Positions 16,367 to 25,307 of a stretch of DNA of 64,000 nt are shown in pieces (position 1 is the stretch's first letter; the number at the start of each line of letters is the position of its first letter). The notes under the pieces were generated by a model. The model worked only from the letters and a program-made list of their open reading frames with translations, did not search any database and was not told the origin of the DNA. The stretch is from Thermoanaerobaculia bacterium. GTDB lineage: Bacteria; Acidobacteriota; Thermoanaerobaculia; UBA5066; Gp7-AA6. The position numbers and the translations under genes are program-made. The stretch spans positions 64,409-128,408 of the forward strand of contig DASXPB010000028.1 in the NCBI GenBank assembly GCA_036493875.1. Direction: 5' to 3'.

Positions 16367-19300
16367 GTGTCAAGCGCGGGATGGAGAGATGGGGACTGCG
16401 ATCTCGCGTCCGGAGCCGGGAACGTGTCCGCCGGTCATCCCTCTCGGCGCGGTCGCGGAGCGCGACGCGGTAGAATCGGCGGCTTGGAGACCCCGGTTCC
16501 GCCGCCACCGACGGCCGAGAGGGACTTCCCTCTCGGCGAACCGGGATTCACCTACCAGGATCTTCACCGCGAGGATCGGCTCGCCGACCTCGACCGCGCG
16601 TTCCTGGCCGAATTGGAGGGGAACGACCCCGACGTGGCGGCGCGCCTCGCCGCCTATCGCGCCGACCCCGCGTCGCTCGACCCGCTCTCCCGGTCCCGGC
16701 TGCTGGTCGCGGCCGCGCGCCCGCTCTCGCTGTTCCTCGCACGGCTGTTCGGCGTCGAGACGGAGTGGCGCCTCCAGGCCTCCTCCGCGGGACCCGAGGC
16801 CGTCCTCTTCCGCGTCCGGCGCGACTTCCTCGTGCGACGGGCCGCCCGGGTCAAGCTTCCCGAGGACCCCGCCGCCCTCGACGCGGCCGTCTCCGCCCGG
16901 GGACGCTCGGCCCGTGCGCTCGAGCGCGAGCTCCACCCCGAGCTGCCGTGGGACGCCGATCCGGAGCTCGCGACCGCTCGAATGCTCGGCTCCCTGCTGG
17001 ACCTCGAGGCCGACTTCATCGCGGCGCTCCGCCAGAAGAAGCTCCCCGAGGTCCCCCCCGCCTCCCGCGAGCGCGCCCGCGACCTCGCCCGACGCGCCGC
17101 CGCCTCAGCGGACCCGGGGCTTCCGCGGGTCGAGGGAGACGGCCAGGCCGACGACGCGCTGCTTTCGTTCCTCGAGAAGACCCTCGAGGGGTATGCCCAC
17201 TGGTGCAAGCTGCGGCTCGAGGTTCCCGGACTTCCTGCAGGTTCGGCGATCCGCGGATGGGCCTCCTTCCACCTCCCCGAGACGCTCGACTACCAGAACC
17301 TCGTCGCCACCGAGCGCAACAACCCGGCGCTACCGGAGGAGCGTGTCGGCCCCGGGGAGCGCCACCGCCGGCGGGAGGGATTCGGACTGACCGACCCGCG
17401 GATGACGAGCCGCGAGATCCTGGGCGAGACCCACTACTGCCTGCTCTGCCACGAGCGCGAGAAGGACTCCTGCTCGAAGGGCTTCTTCGACGAGAAGACC
17501 ACGTCCTGGCAGAAGAACCCGCTCGGCATCGCGCTGAAGGGCTGCCCGCTCGACGAGAAGATCTCCGAGATGCACGAGCTTCGCCGCGAGGGCGATTCGA
17601 TCGGCGCGCTCGCGCTGGTCTGCATCGACAACCCCATGTGCCCGGGCACGGGCCACCGCATCTGCAACGACTGCATGAAGGGCTGCATCTTTCAGAAGCA
17701 GGAGCCGGTCAACATCCCGCAGATCGAGACCGGCGTCCTGACCGACGTGCTGCGGCTGCCCTGGGGCGTCGAGATCTTCGGCCTTCTGACCCGCTGGAAC
17801 CCGCTCAACCCGGACCGCCCGAGCGCCCTGCCCTACTCCGGCAGGAAGGTGCTGGTCGTGGGGCTCGGTCCCGCCGGGTACACGCTCGCGCACTACCTCT
17901 TGAACGAGGGGTGCGGCGTCGCCGGCATCGACGGGCTCAAGATCGAGGAGCTCCCGGCGGACTGGACCGGGAAGGACGGCCGGGGGATCCGGGCCATTCG
18001 GGACTGGTCGGAAATCGCGCGCCCGCTCGACCGGCGCCCGCTCGCCGGGTTCGGCGGCGTCTCGGAGTACGGCATCACGGTCCGGTGGGACAAGAACTTC
18101 CTGACGCTCGTGCACCTGACGCTGGCGCGCCGGCGCCGCTTCGCGATCCTCGGCGGCGTGCGCTTCGGCGGAACGCTCAACGCGGAGCAGGCCCTGGACG
18201 CGGGCTTCGACCACGTGGCCATCGCGGCGGGCGCGGGACGGCCGACGATCATTCCCCTCAAGAACAACATCCTCCGCGGGGTCCGCAAGGCCTCCGATTT
18301 CCTGATGGCGCTCCAGCTCACGGGCGCCTTCAAGGAAGAGGCGCTGGCGAACCTGCAGGCCGAGCTGCCCGCGGTCGTGATCGGCGGCGGACTGACGGCG
18401 ATCGACACCGCCACCGAGCTCCTCGCGTACTACCCCGTGCAGGCCGAGAAGACGCTGCTGCGCTACGAGGAGCTCTGCCGGGAGCACGGCGAGGAGACGG
18501 TGCGCGCCCCCTTCGATCCCGAGGAGCGCGAGATCCTGGACCGGCTGCTCGCGCACGGTCTGGCGGTCCGCAAGGAGCGCGACCGGGCGCACCGGGCCGG
18601 CGAGACCCCCGACCTCTCGCGGCTCTGCCGCGAATGGGGCGGCGTCTCGATCGCGTATCGCCGGTCGATGGAGGAATCCCCGGCCTACCGCCTGAACCAC
18701 GAGGAGGTCATCAAGGCCCTCGAGGAGGGCATCGCGTTCATCGAGGGCCTCGAGCCCGAGGAGGCCGTGCCGGACGAGTACGGCAAGCTGAAGGCCGTGC
18801 GGTTCCTGCGCGGGGGCTCCGGGGAGACGGTCGAGCTCCCCGCGCGGACGCTGCTGGTAGCCGCCGGGACCACTCCGAACATCACGTACGCCAAGGAGTA
18901 CCCGGACGCGCTGCCGCTCGACGCCCGCCGGCGTTTCTTCGCGCCCCACAAGGCCGTTCCCGACGGCGCCGGCGGATTCCGGCTCGAGCCGGCGGCGGCA
19001 GACGACGAGACGGCGTTCTTCACGGGCTTTTCGCGCGGCGGGAAGTTCGTGACGTTCTTCGGCGACAACCATCCGGCCTACAACGGCAACGTCGTCAAGG
19101 CGATGGCCTCGGCCAAGAACGGCTACCGGGCCATCTCGGAGGTCGTCCACGGCAAGGACCAGGAGCGGCAGCCCGACGCCGAGTGGGACGCGTTCCGCCG
19201 CCGGCTCGAGGACGATCTGACCGCCCGCGTCGTCGCCGTCAACCGGCTGACACCGACCATCGTCGAGGTCGTGGTCCGTGCGCCCGCCGCCGTGCGCAAC

Positions 19301-20191
19301 TTCCAGCCCGGTCAGTTCTTCCGCCTTCAGAACCTGGAGACGCACGCCCCGCGCATCGACGGCACGCCGCTCCTGATCGAGCCGTGCGCCCTGACGGGCG
19401 CCTGGGTCGACGCCGGGAGGGGGCTGCTGTCGATGATCGCGCTCGAGATCGGCGGCTCGACGCGCCTCTGCTCGGTGCTTCGGCCCGGAGAGCCGGTCGT
19501 GGCGATGGGGCCCACCGGAAGCGCGACCGAGCTGCCCGAGGGCGGCACCGTCATGCTCTGCGGCGGCGGGCTCGGCAACGCCGTCCTCTTCTCGATCGGC
19601 AAGAAGGCGCGCGAGCGGAACAACCGCGTCGTCTACTTCGCCGGCTACAAGAAGGCGGAGGACTTCTACAAGCGCGAGGAGCTCGAGGCCGCCGCGGACG
19701 TGCTGATCCTGTCGGTCGACCGGGGGGAGGCGATCCCGGCCCGCCGGCCGATGGACCGCAGCTTCGTCGGCAACATCGTCGAGGCGATGTCGGCCTACGC
19801 CTCGGGCCGGCTCGGACCCGTGGCGATACCCCTCTCCCAGGTCGACCGCCTGATCGTGATCGGGTCGGACCGGATGATGGCGGCCGTGGGCCGCGCCCGG
19901 AAGGCGGTCCTCGCCGCCTACCTGAAGCCGGACCACGTCGGCATCGCGTCGATCAACTCGCCGATGCAATGCATGATGAAGGAAGTCTGCGCCCAGTGCC
20001 TCCAGAAGCACGTCGACCCGGCGACGGGCAAGGAGGAGATCGTCTTCTCCTGTTTCAATCAGGACCAGAAGCTCGACGAGATGGATTGGGGCAACCTCGC
20101 CGCGCGGCTGCGGCAGAACACCGTCTCGGAGAAGCTGACGAACCTCTGGATGGACCGGCTGTTCCGGATGGCGGACCCCCGGGCGATCTGA
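16367..20191 (+). CDS. very large multidomain flavoprotein: unknown N-terminal region, GltD/NfnB-like Fe-S plus FAD/NAD(P) module, PyrK/NfnA-like FAD/NAD plus 2Fe-2S module
   Basis: Cys cluster region CLLCHEREKDSCSKG...GCPLDEKI...CPGTGHRICNDCMKGC. Rossmann motifs VLVVGLGPAGYTLA and VVIGGGLTAIDTA. C-terminal block RVVAVNRLTPTIVEV...RLQN...LCGGGLGNAVL...CAQCLQKH...FSCFNQDQ. The start is uncertain: GTG 16367 overlaps the perR -35 box, and TTG 16484 is an alternative. Confidence 0.85.
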   Translation: MSSAGWRDGDCDLASGAGNVSAGHPSRRGRGARRGRIGGLETPVPPPPTAERDFPLGEPGFTYQDLHREDRLADLDRAFLAELEGNDPDVAARLAAYRADPASLDPLSRSRLLVAAARPLSLFLARLFGVETEWRLQASSAGPEAVLFRVRRDFLVRRAARVKLPEDPAALDAAVSARGRSARALERELHPELPWDADPELATARMLGSLLDLEADFIAALRQKKLPEVPPASRERARDLARRAAASADPGLPRVEGDGQADDALLSFLEKTLEGYAHWCKLRLEVPGLPAGSAIRGWASFHLPETLDYQNLVATERNNPALPEERVGPGERHRRREGFGLTDPRMTSREILGETHYCLLCHEREKDSCSKGFFDEKTTSWQKNPLGIALKGCPLDEKISEMHELRREGDSIGALALVCIDNPMCPGTGHRICNDCMKGCIFQKQEPVNIPQIETGVLTDVLRLPWGVEIFGLLTRWNPLNPDRPSALPYSGRKVLVVGLGPAGYTLAHYLLNEGCGVAGIDGLKIEELPADWTGKDGRGIRAIRDWSEIARPLDRRPLAGFGGVSEYGITVRWDKNFLTLVHLTLARRRRFAILGGVRFGGTLNAEQALDAGFDHVAIAAGAGRPTIIPLKNNILRGVRKASDFLMALQLTGAFKEEALANLQAELPAVVIGGGLTAIDTATELLAYYPVQAEKTLLRYEELCREHGEETVRAPFDPEEREILDRLLAHGLAVRKERDRAHRAGETPDLSRLCREWGGVSIAYRRSMEESPAYRLNHEEVIKALEEGIAFIEGLEPEEAVPDEYGKLKAVRFLRGGSGETVELPARTLLVAAGTTPNITYAKEYPDALPLDARRRFFAPHKAVPDGAGGFRLEPAAADDETAFFTGFSRGGKFVTFFGDNHPAYNGNVVKAMASAKNGYRAISEVVHGKDQERQPDAEWDAFRRRLEDDLTARVVAVNRLTPTIVEVVVRAPAAVRNFQPGQFFRLQNLETHAPRIDGTPLLIEPCALTGAWVDAGRGLLSMIALEIGGSTRLCSVLRPGEPVVAMGPTGSATELPEGGTVMLCGGGLGNAVLFSIGKKARERNNRVVYFAGYKKAEDFYKREELEAAADVLILSVDRGEAIPARRPMDRSFVGNIVEAMSAYASGRLGPVAIPLSQVDRLIVIGSDRMMAAVGRARKAVLAAYLKPDHVGIASINSPMQCMMKEVCAQCLQKHVDPATGKEEIVFSCFNQDQKLDEMDWGNLAARLRQNTVSEKLTNLWMDRLFRMADPRAI
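16471..16476 (+). promoter_or_regulatory. TAGAAT -10-like hexamer upstream of the large oxidoreductase
   Basis: TAGAAT is followed by 7 nt and then the in-frame TTG at 16484. No convincing -35. Confidence 0.3.
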
Positions 20192-20213
20192 CGGGCGAAG
20201 CGAAGCCGTTGCC

Positions 20214-20317
20214 CGTCATCCTGAGCGAAGCGAAGGATCCCGACACTGAACGACGACCGTGGCCGTAGCGCACGGGATCCTTCGTCGCTCGCTGACGCTC
20301 CGCTCCTCAGGATGACG
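20214..20317. repeat. REP/MITE-like imperfect inverted repeat (arms 20214-20241 and 20274-20317)
   Basis: Left arm: CGTCATCCTGAG-CGAAGCGAAGGATCCC. The right arm is its reverse complement with an insertion of about 18 nt (GGGATCCTTCG...CTCAGGATGACG). Starts 23 nt after the stop of the oxidoreductase gene. Confidence 0.7.
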
Positions 20318-20371
20318 GCGTGTTCGGGAGCAAGCAGCGATCGCGCAGCAGCGCGACCCGCGAGGGCGACG

Positions 20372-21340
20372 TTAGGGCACGGCCGCCAGGAAGAGCAGGT
20401 ACGGGTTGATCGCGACGCCGGCGCGGAAGTCGTCGTCGTGGTCGGGCAGGCGGGTGATCGAGAAGTGCAGGTGCGGGCCGCCGATGACGTGGCCGGTCCG
20501 GCCGACGTAGGCGAGCACGTCGCCCTTGGACACCTTCTGGCCCGGGCGCAGGCCCTTCTTGTAGCGGGTCAGGTGGCAGTAGAAGAGCAGGTAGCGGCCG
20601 GTCGAGTCCTTCTGGTAGAGCGAGATGCCGCCGCGCTTCTCGCGGCGCAGAGAGGTGACCTCGCCATCCGCGGCGGCGAGGACCGGCGTGCCCTGGGGCG
20701 CGCCGATGTCGATCGCCAGGTGCTGGCGGTGGCTGCCCCGGGAGTTCAGGAACGAGTCCTTGAGGCGTGTGGCGTCCACACCCTCGACCGGGATCTGGAC
20801 CCCGGCCGTCATGAGGTCCGAAAGGTCGACGTCCTCCGGCCGGACCGTCGACTCCGCCGACTTCGGCCGCAGGAGAGAGCCCAGGGACCGGGCCATCCGC
20901 GTGATGGCGCCGGCGGGCGGGGGCACGACCACCTCATCGAGCTCCGCCTCGGTGAAGTCGGGCTCGGGAGTCTCCTCCCGGGCATCGTGCAGCGTCGCCT
21001 CGACTACCGCGTCGTGCTCGGTGCACGGCGGACGCGGGTAGTCGTAGACCTCGAGCGGAAGGACGGGACCGTAGACCTCGGGCGCGATGTGTTCGACGGC
21101 GGACGACCGCGCCGACCCTCTCTTGCCCTTGCTCGTGCTCGTGCTCGTGCTCGTGAATGTCCGGGTGGAGTGGTGTGAGGCCGATCGCGAAGAGTGGTGC
21201 GACGTCTTGGCCGCGGCAACGCTCTTGCCGGCCGAGCTCGCAGTCCCGCTCTTGTGAGCGTGACGGGCCTCGGCGGACGCGGCTCCAAAAACGAACCCGG
21301 CGGCGATGAGCGCCGCCGGGATGACTGACATCCTGCGCAC
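20372..21340 (-). CDS. M23 family metallopeptidase (secreted)
   Basis: HLAIDIGAPQGTPVLAAADGEV...YCHL...GDVLAYVGRTGHV.GPHLHF (HxxxD and HxH motifs). Signal peptide present. GTG 21340 or ATG 21331 as start. Confidence 0.85.
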   Translation of the reverse strand: MRRMSVIPAALIAAGFVFGAASAEARHAHKSGTASSAGKSVAAAKTSHHSSRSASHHSTRTFTSTSTSTSKGKRGSARSSAVEHIAPEVYGPVLPLEVYDYPRPPCTEHDAVVEATLHDAREETPEPDFTEAELDEVVVPPPAGAITRMARSLGSLLRPKSAESTVRPEDVDLSDLMTAGVQIPVEGVDATRLKDSFLNSRGSHRQHLAIDIGAPQGTPVLAAADGEVTSLRREKRGGISLYQKDSTGRYLLFYCHLTRYKKGLRPGQKVSKGDVLAYVGRTGHVIGGPHLHFSITRLPDHDDDFRAGVAINPYLLFLAAVP

Positions 21341-21348
21341 TGATCGCG

Positions 21349-21377
21349 ATTATCTGGACCGCCCCCCGGGGCGTCAA
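21349..21377 (-). promoter_or_regulatory. sigma70-like promoter: TTGACG, 17 nt spacer, GATAAT; 8 nt upstream of the GTG start of the M23 gene
   Basis: Minus strand reads TTGACG ccccggggggcggtcca GATAAT cgcgatca GTG. The -35 matches 5/6 and the -10 matches 5/6, with a 17-nt spacer. Confidence 0.45.
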
Positions 21378-21404
21378 CCCAAAAGTTCAATCGAATCAAG
21401 TATT

Positions 21405-21421
21405 TATGCTGAATCAGCATA
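21405..21421. promoter_or_regulatory. perfect 8-1-8 palindrome TATGCTGA-a-TCAGCATA upstream of the M23 promoter
   Basis: Read directly in an AT-rich stretch about 30 nt upstream of the -35 box. Operator-like geometry. Confidence 0.4.
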
Positions 21422-21509
21422 AGGCGTGACACAGCGCTACAGGGTGACTTTCGACGGGAGAGGATTCGAGGGAGACGAACCGGCAGCGACTTCCCCTCTT
21501 CTTTCGGTT

Positions 21510-21526
21510 GGCCCGCGCAGCGGGCC
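21510..21526 (-). terminator. GC-rich hairpin (7-bp stem, 3-nt loop) 24 nt after the efp stop; lacks a U-tract
   Basis: GGCCCGC-gca-GCGGGCC. On the transcribed (minus) strand it is followed by an A-rich rather than U-rich sequence, so at best a non-canonical terminator. Confidence 0.35.
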
Positions 21527-21549
21527 GCCCGGAGCCCCAGCCTCCGAGC

Positions 21550-22110
21550 CTACGCGCGCTCGAGGTAGCCGTTGTCCCGCGTGTCGATCTTGATCCGAGT
21601 CCCCGCCTCGATGAACTGCGGAACCATGACCTCGAGGCCGGTCTCGAGCTTCGCCGGCTTGTAGGAGGCCGACGCCGTCGCCCCCTTCATCCCCGGCTGG
21701 GTCTCGACGACCTCGAGGGTGACCGTGTTGGGAAGCTCGATGCCCACCGGATTGCTCTCGTAGAAGTCCACGTGGATCGCGGTGTTGGGAAGCAGGTACT
21801 TCATTTGCTCGCCGATGACCTCGTCGGACAGAGTGACCTGGTCATAGGTGGCCTGGTCCATGAAGTGGTGACCGGCGGCGTCCGAGTAGAGGTACTCCAT
21901 CTCGCGCTCGTCCAGGGAGGCCTTCTCGACGCGGTCGGTGGATCCGAACCGGTGCTCGTTCATGGACCCGCTTCGGACGTTGCGCATCTTGGCCTGCACG
22001 AAGCCCCGCAGGTTGCCGGGCGTCTTGTGGACCATGTTGTGCACGCGGTGGAGCTCCCCGTTGTGGATGATGAGCATCCCGCTGCGAAGCTGTGTGGCTG
22101 GAATCATCAT
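21550..22110 (-). CDS. efp: elongation factor P
   Basis: MMIPATQLRSGMLIIHNGELHRV...HKTPGNLRGFVQAKMRNVRSG...VETQPGMKGATASASYKPAKLETG. 186 aa. ORF 21550..22431 trimmed to the ATG at 22110. Confidence 0.95.
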   Translation of the reverse strand: MMIPATQLRSGMLIIHNGELHRVHNMVHKTPGNLRGFVQAKMRNVRSGSMNEHRFGSTDRVEKASLDEREMEYLYSDAAGHHFMDQATYDQVTLSDEVIGEQMKYLLPNTAIHVDFYESNPVGIELPNTVTLEVVETQPGMKGATASASYKPAKLETGLEVMVPQFIEAGTRIKIDTRDNGYLERA

Positions 22111-22304
22111 GGCCCGTCCCCCTGAAAGAGAGTCCCCGGAAACGAGTCCCCCGGGGAAAAAGACGGCGAAATCTAGCAGAACGGGCCGCGGCCGTCCAGC
22201 GAGGTCGCCAACGCCGGGCGCGCCCGGAGTCGGCAACCAAGGAAAAGCCCCGGGGAACGGTCCGTCCCCCGGGGCCTCCGTTTTGGGTTCTCTGCCTGTC
22301 GGGC

Positions 22305-23810
22305 CTACTCGGCGGCCGCCGGCCGGCCGACGGTTCGCGTCGGCCGCGCGAGCCGGGGAGGAGTCCGGTCCGCCGCGGGCCGCTGCGGGAGCGCCGCGTC
22401 GACCCCGAAGGAGGCGAGGACGCTCTTCCAAGTCGCGAACCGGTAGTGCCAGGCTCCCCCGTCTTCCACCGCCGCGCCCGCCGGCTGCGGCACGTTCGGC
22501 GTGAAGAGGGCGGGAGAGAAGTTCGGCCGGGGATAGACGACCGAGCCCGACGAATTCAGCGTTGCGATGATTTGGTCGGCCACGATGACGTAGCCGATGT
22601 TCGAGGGGTGTACGCCGTCGTAGCTGAAGAGGCCGCCCTTGAGGTAGTCGGTGGTCACCGTGATGCCCCCGATCTCATATCCGCCGGCCGCCTTGACCGC
22701 GGCGAAGAAGGAGTGGGCGTCCCAGAGCTGTTCGTTCCCGATGGAGGAAGCGATCGACGCGTTGTACTCATTCGTCCGCGACTGAAGGAGCTGGATCTCG
22801 TCCGGGTAGAGGGTCACGCCGGCGTGGGGTCCCGTCGCGTCGATGTGGCCATGCGGCAGAGGCAGGCCGCTGCCCCCCGCGGCGCGGGGAATGCCGATTC
22901 CCGCGGCGAGCATGCTCGAGGCCGGCAGGAGGACGAGCGTGCCCTGCGGCAAGGGGCACCCCTGATCCGGCGGCGTGGGCGTGCAGGGGAAGGCCGCGTC
23001 TCCCTCGCCGAGCAGCGGCACGGGCAGGCCGCCGACCAGGACCGGCTGCATCGTCGCCGGGTCGACGAGCACCGGCGGGATGGTCGTCGCGAACGGGATC
23101 GTGGTCACGTCGGTGATGTTCACCGCGACGAAGCGCGTGCTGGGGAGAAGAGCTGCCGTGATCGCCTTGTACCTCGCGTCGAAGTCGGCGGCGGTCGTCA
23201 GCGTCACGCCGTCGACCACGATGCCGGACGTGGCGGCGCCGAGGACGTCGTTGCTTCCGATCCACAGGGTGACCAGCGTCGGCGTGCCGGCGGGCCCCAG
23301 CAGGAGGTTGGCCTGATCGACGGCGCTGGTGCCATCGAAGGGAGACCCCGGGAAGTTGCGCAGCACGAGCGCCGCGATCTGGTCCTCCGAGTCCCCGACT
23401 GGATTGCTGTGTTTGAACTCGGTGACGTCCGCGACCTCGAAGCCGGGAACGCCGAGATTGTCGTAGGGGCGCCCGAGCAGCGCGTTGAGTGGTTGACCCA
23501 TCTCGGACACCGGCGCGACCGTGATGCTGGTCCCGGAAAGGACCGCTCCCAGGCACGCGGTCGTCGGGGGATCGGTGAGGGCGATCTCCTGAACGAGCGG
23601 TTGCTGGAAATCCGCCACGCCAAGCGTTTGCGCGAGGACGGCGGGGTAAGACATCTGCTGGTTGCGCTGCACGAGGCAGCCGCTCTGCCAGCCCGCCGTG
23701 AGGCTGTCCCCCAGCGCGACGTACTTCTGGAAGGTCTGGGCACGGAGCGGTGCCGCGAGAAGCGAGACCGCAAGGGCGAAACCGAAGAATGCGATCGTGT
23801 TCTTCTTCAT
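22305..23810 (-). CDS. secreted SGNH/GDSL-family hydrolase
   Basis: Signal peptide MKKNTIAFFGFALAVSLLAAPLRA. GDSL block YVALGDSLTAG. Also GSNDVLG and a DGVHPS (DxxH) block. Confidence 0.8.
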   Translation of the reverse strand: MKKNTIAFFGFALAVSLLAAPLRAQTFQKYVALGDSLTAGWQSGCLVQRNQQMSYPAVLAQTLGVADFQQPLVQEIALTDPPTTACLGAVLSGTSITVAPVSEMGQPLNALLGRPYDNLGVPGFEVADVTEFKHSNPVGDSEDQIAALVLRNFPGSPFDGTSAVDQANLLLGPAGTPTLVTLWIGSNDVLGAATSGIVVDGVTLTTAADFDARYKAITAALLPSTRFVAVNITDVTTIPFATTIPPVLVDPATMQPVLVGGLPVPLLGEGDAAFPCTPTPPDQGCPLPQGTLVLLPASSMLAAGIGIPRAAGGSGLPLPHGHIDATGPHAGVTLYPDEIQLLQSRTNEYNASIASSIGNEQLWDAHSFFAAVKAAGGYEIGGITVTTDYLKGGLFSYDGVHPSNIGYVIVADQIIATLNSSGSVVYPRPNFSPALFTPNVPQPAGAAVEDGGAWHYRFATWKSVLASFGVDAALPQRPAADRTPPRLARPTRTVGRPAAAE

Positions 23811-23823
23811 GGCTTACTCCTGG

Positions 23824-25149
23824 TCAGAACGAGAATCGGAAGCTCGCGGTACCGACCCACGCGTCTTCCGAATACTGGCCGAAGAAATTGTCCGTCGACT
23901 CCGTCAGGACGCTGCGATCCTTGAAGCGGATGTAGAGGCCGCCGACGTCGATGCCCCACTGCGGGGTGTTGTAGCCGAATCCTGCCGAGTAGACGTTGCG
24001 GTCGTTGTCCGCCAGGATCGGTCCGACGTCCTTCTCGGGCTGCGGCGTGTTGTCGTAGTAGTAGCCGGCCCGCAGCGCCCATCCGCTGGCGAATTTCTTC
24101 TCGAGGCCGACCCGGTATGCCCAGCTGTCCTTCCACGCGGTGGTCCGGTCGAGGTCGGGCGCGACGCCGTCCGGAAAGTGGATGTTCAGGGCGTCGAAGC
24201 TGGACCACTCGGTCCAGTCCGCCTCGAGCGCCAGGAGGAAGCCCGCCGGCAGCTCGATGCCGACGCCCGTGTTCAGGCTCGCCGGAAACGCGACCGACGT
24301 CGTCACCGGGTGCTCGCCCTGCGGCAGCAGCTGACCCACCAGGCCGTCGATGACCGGGTTCCCCGTGAAGCGCTGGGTGAAGAGCGCCGTCCCGTCGTAA
24401 TCCACCGTGATCTTGCTGCGGTAGGCGACGCCCACGCCGATGTACGACAGAGGCTTGAACATGAGCCCGACGTTCCAGCCCCAGCCGGTGTTGGAGGTCA
24501 GGTCGCTGTTGAGCTTGACGTGCGCGAGGTCTCTCACATTGCCGCCGAAGGGGTCGACGATCCCGAGGTTCGAATTCCGCTCGAGCTGCACCTTCGAGAA
24601 CCGCAGGTCCGCGCCGGCGGCGATCGAGAGCTCGGGGAACAGCTTGTAGGAGAAGACCGGGTTGACGTCGAGGCTCTTGATGACCGCGTTCTGCGAGACG
24701 AACCGCCCCGAGAAGGCCTCGGGGTCGTTCCAGCGCAGTCCCAGGCCGTACGGGGCGTTGACGCCGAGGCCGAAGTTGAGCTCCCCCGTCAGCGGCACCA
24801 CCACGTACAGCATCGGGATGACGAACTCCTGCTTCTGCACGCTCTCGCTGACGCCCGCGCCGGGAAACGGGTCCGCTCCCGCGAAGTCGGCCTTCGCTCG
24901 GCCGAGGACGGACCCGCCGATCATGAGCGAGAAGTGCTCCTGGAATGCCATGCCCGCCGGGTTGAAGAAGATGGCGGACGGGTCGTCGGCGACGCCCGTG
25001 AAGGCGAGGCCCATGCCGGTGGCCCGCGCGCCCTGGGTCATCACCTGGAACCCCGAAGGTGTGGCCGGCGAGGCGAGGAGCCAACCACCCAGGAGGAGCG
25101 CCAGGAAGACGCGGGACGATCGGAACGCGGCCAGAGGACGTCGTGTCAC
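23824..25149 (-). CDS. outer-membrane transport protein, OMPP1/FadL/TodX family
   Basis: GARATGMGLAFTGVADDPSAIFFNPAGMAF N-terminal block, beta-barrel periodicity and C-terminal ...SFRFSF. GTG start at 25149, preceded by GGAGGAG. Confidence 0.85.
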   Translation of the reverse strand: MTRRPLAAFRSSRVFLALLLGGWLLASPATPSGFQVMTQGARATGMGLAFTGVADDPSAIFFNPAGMAFQEHFSLMIGGSVLGRAKADFAGADPFPGAGVSESVQKQEFVIPMLYVVVPLTGELNFGLGVNAPYGLGLRWNDPEAFSGRFVSQNAVIKSLDVNPVFSYKLFPELSIAAGADLRFSKVQLERNSNLGIVDPFGGNVRDLAHVKLNSDLTSNTGWGWNVGLMFKPLSYIGVGVAYRSKITVDYDGTALFTQRFTGNPVIDGLVGQLLPQGEHPVTTSVAFPASLNTGVGIELPAGFLLALEADWTEWSSFDALNIHFPDGVAPDLDRTTAWKDSWAYRVGLEKKFASGWALRAGYYYDNTPQPEKDVGPILADNDRNVYSAGFGYNTPQWGIDVGGLYIRFKDRSVLTESTDNFFGQYSEDAWVGTASFRFSF

Positions 25150-25291
25150 GGTTCTCCTCCCTCGATTGTTCGCAAAGGGGTGCAGGCGCGGGGACGCTGG
25201 ATTCGCACTCTTGGCGATCAATCTAGACCCCGAATTCTCGAAAGTCAAAAATGCCCCCCTAGCGTCCGGGGCGTCGCGCGCGTCGACGGGC

Positions 25292-25297
25292 TAGAAT
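25292..25297 (+). promoter_or_regulatory. TAGAAT -10-like hexamer 10 nt upstream of the TTG start of the kinase gene
   Basis: gggcTAGAATctgcgtcagcTTG, read directly. Confidence 0.3.
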
Positions 25298-25307
25298 CTG
25301 CGTCAGC

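Noticed and set aside
16765-20268. 1167-aa +1 frame ORF and the 893-aa minus ORF 17330..20011 overlapping the large oxidoreductase
   Set aside because: Arg/Pro/Gly-rich alternative frames. The 16367 frame carries all the Rossmann and Fe-S motifs.
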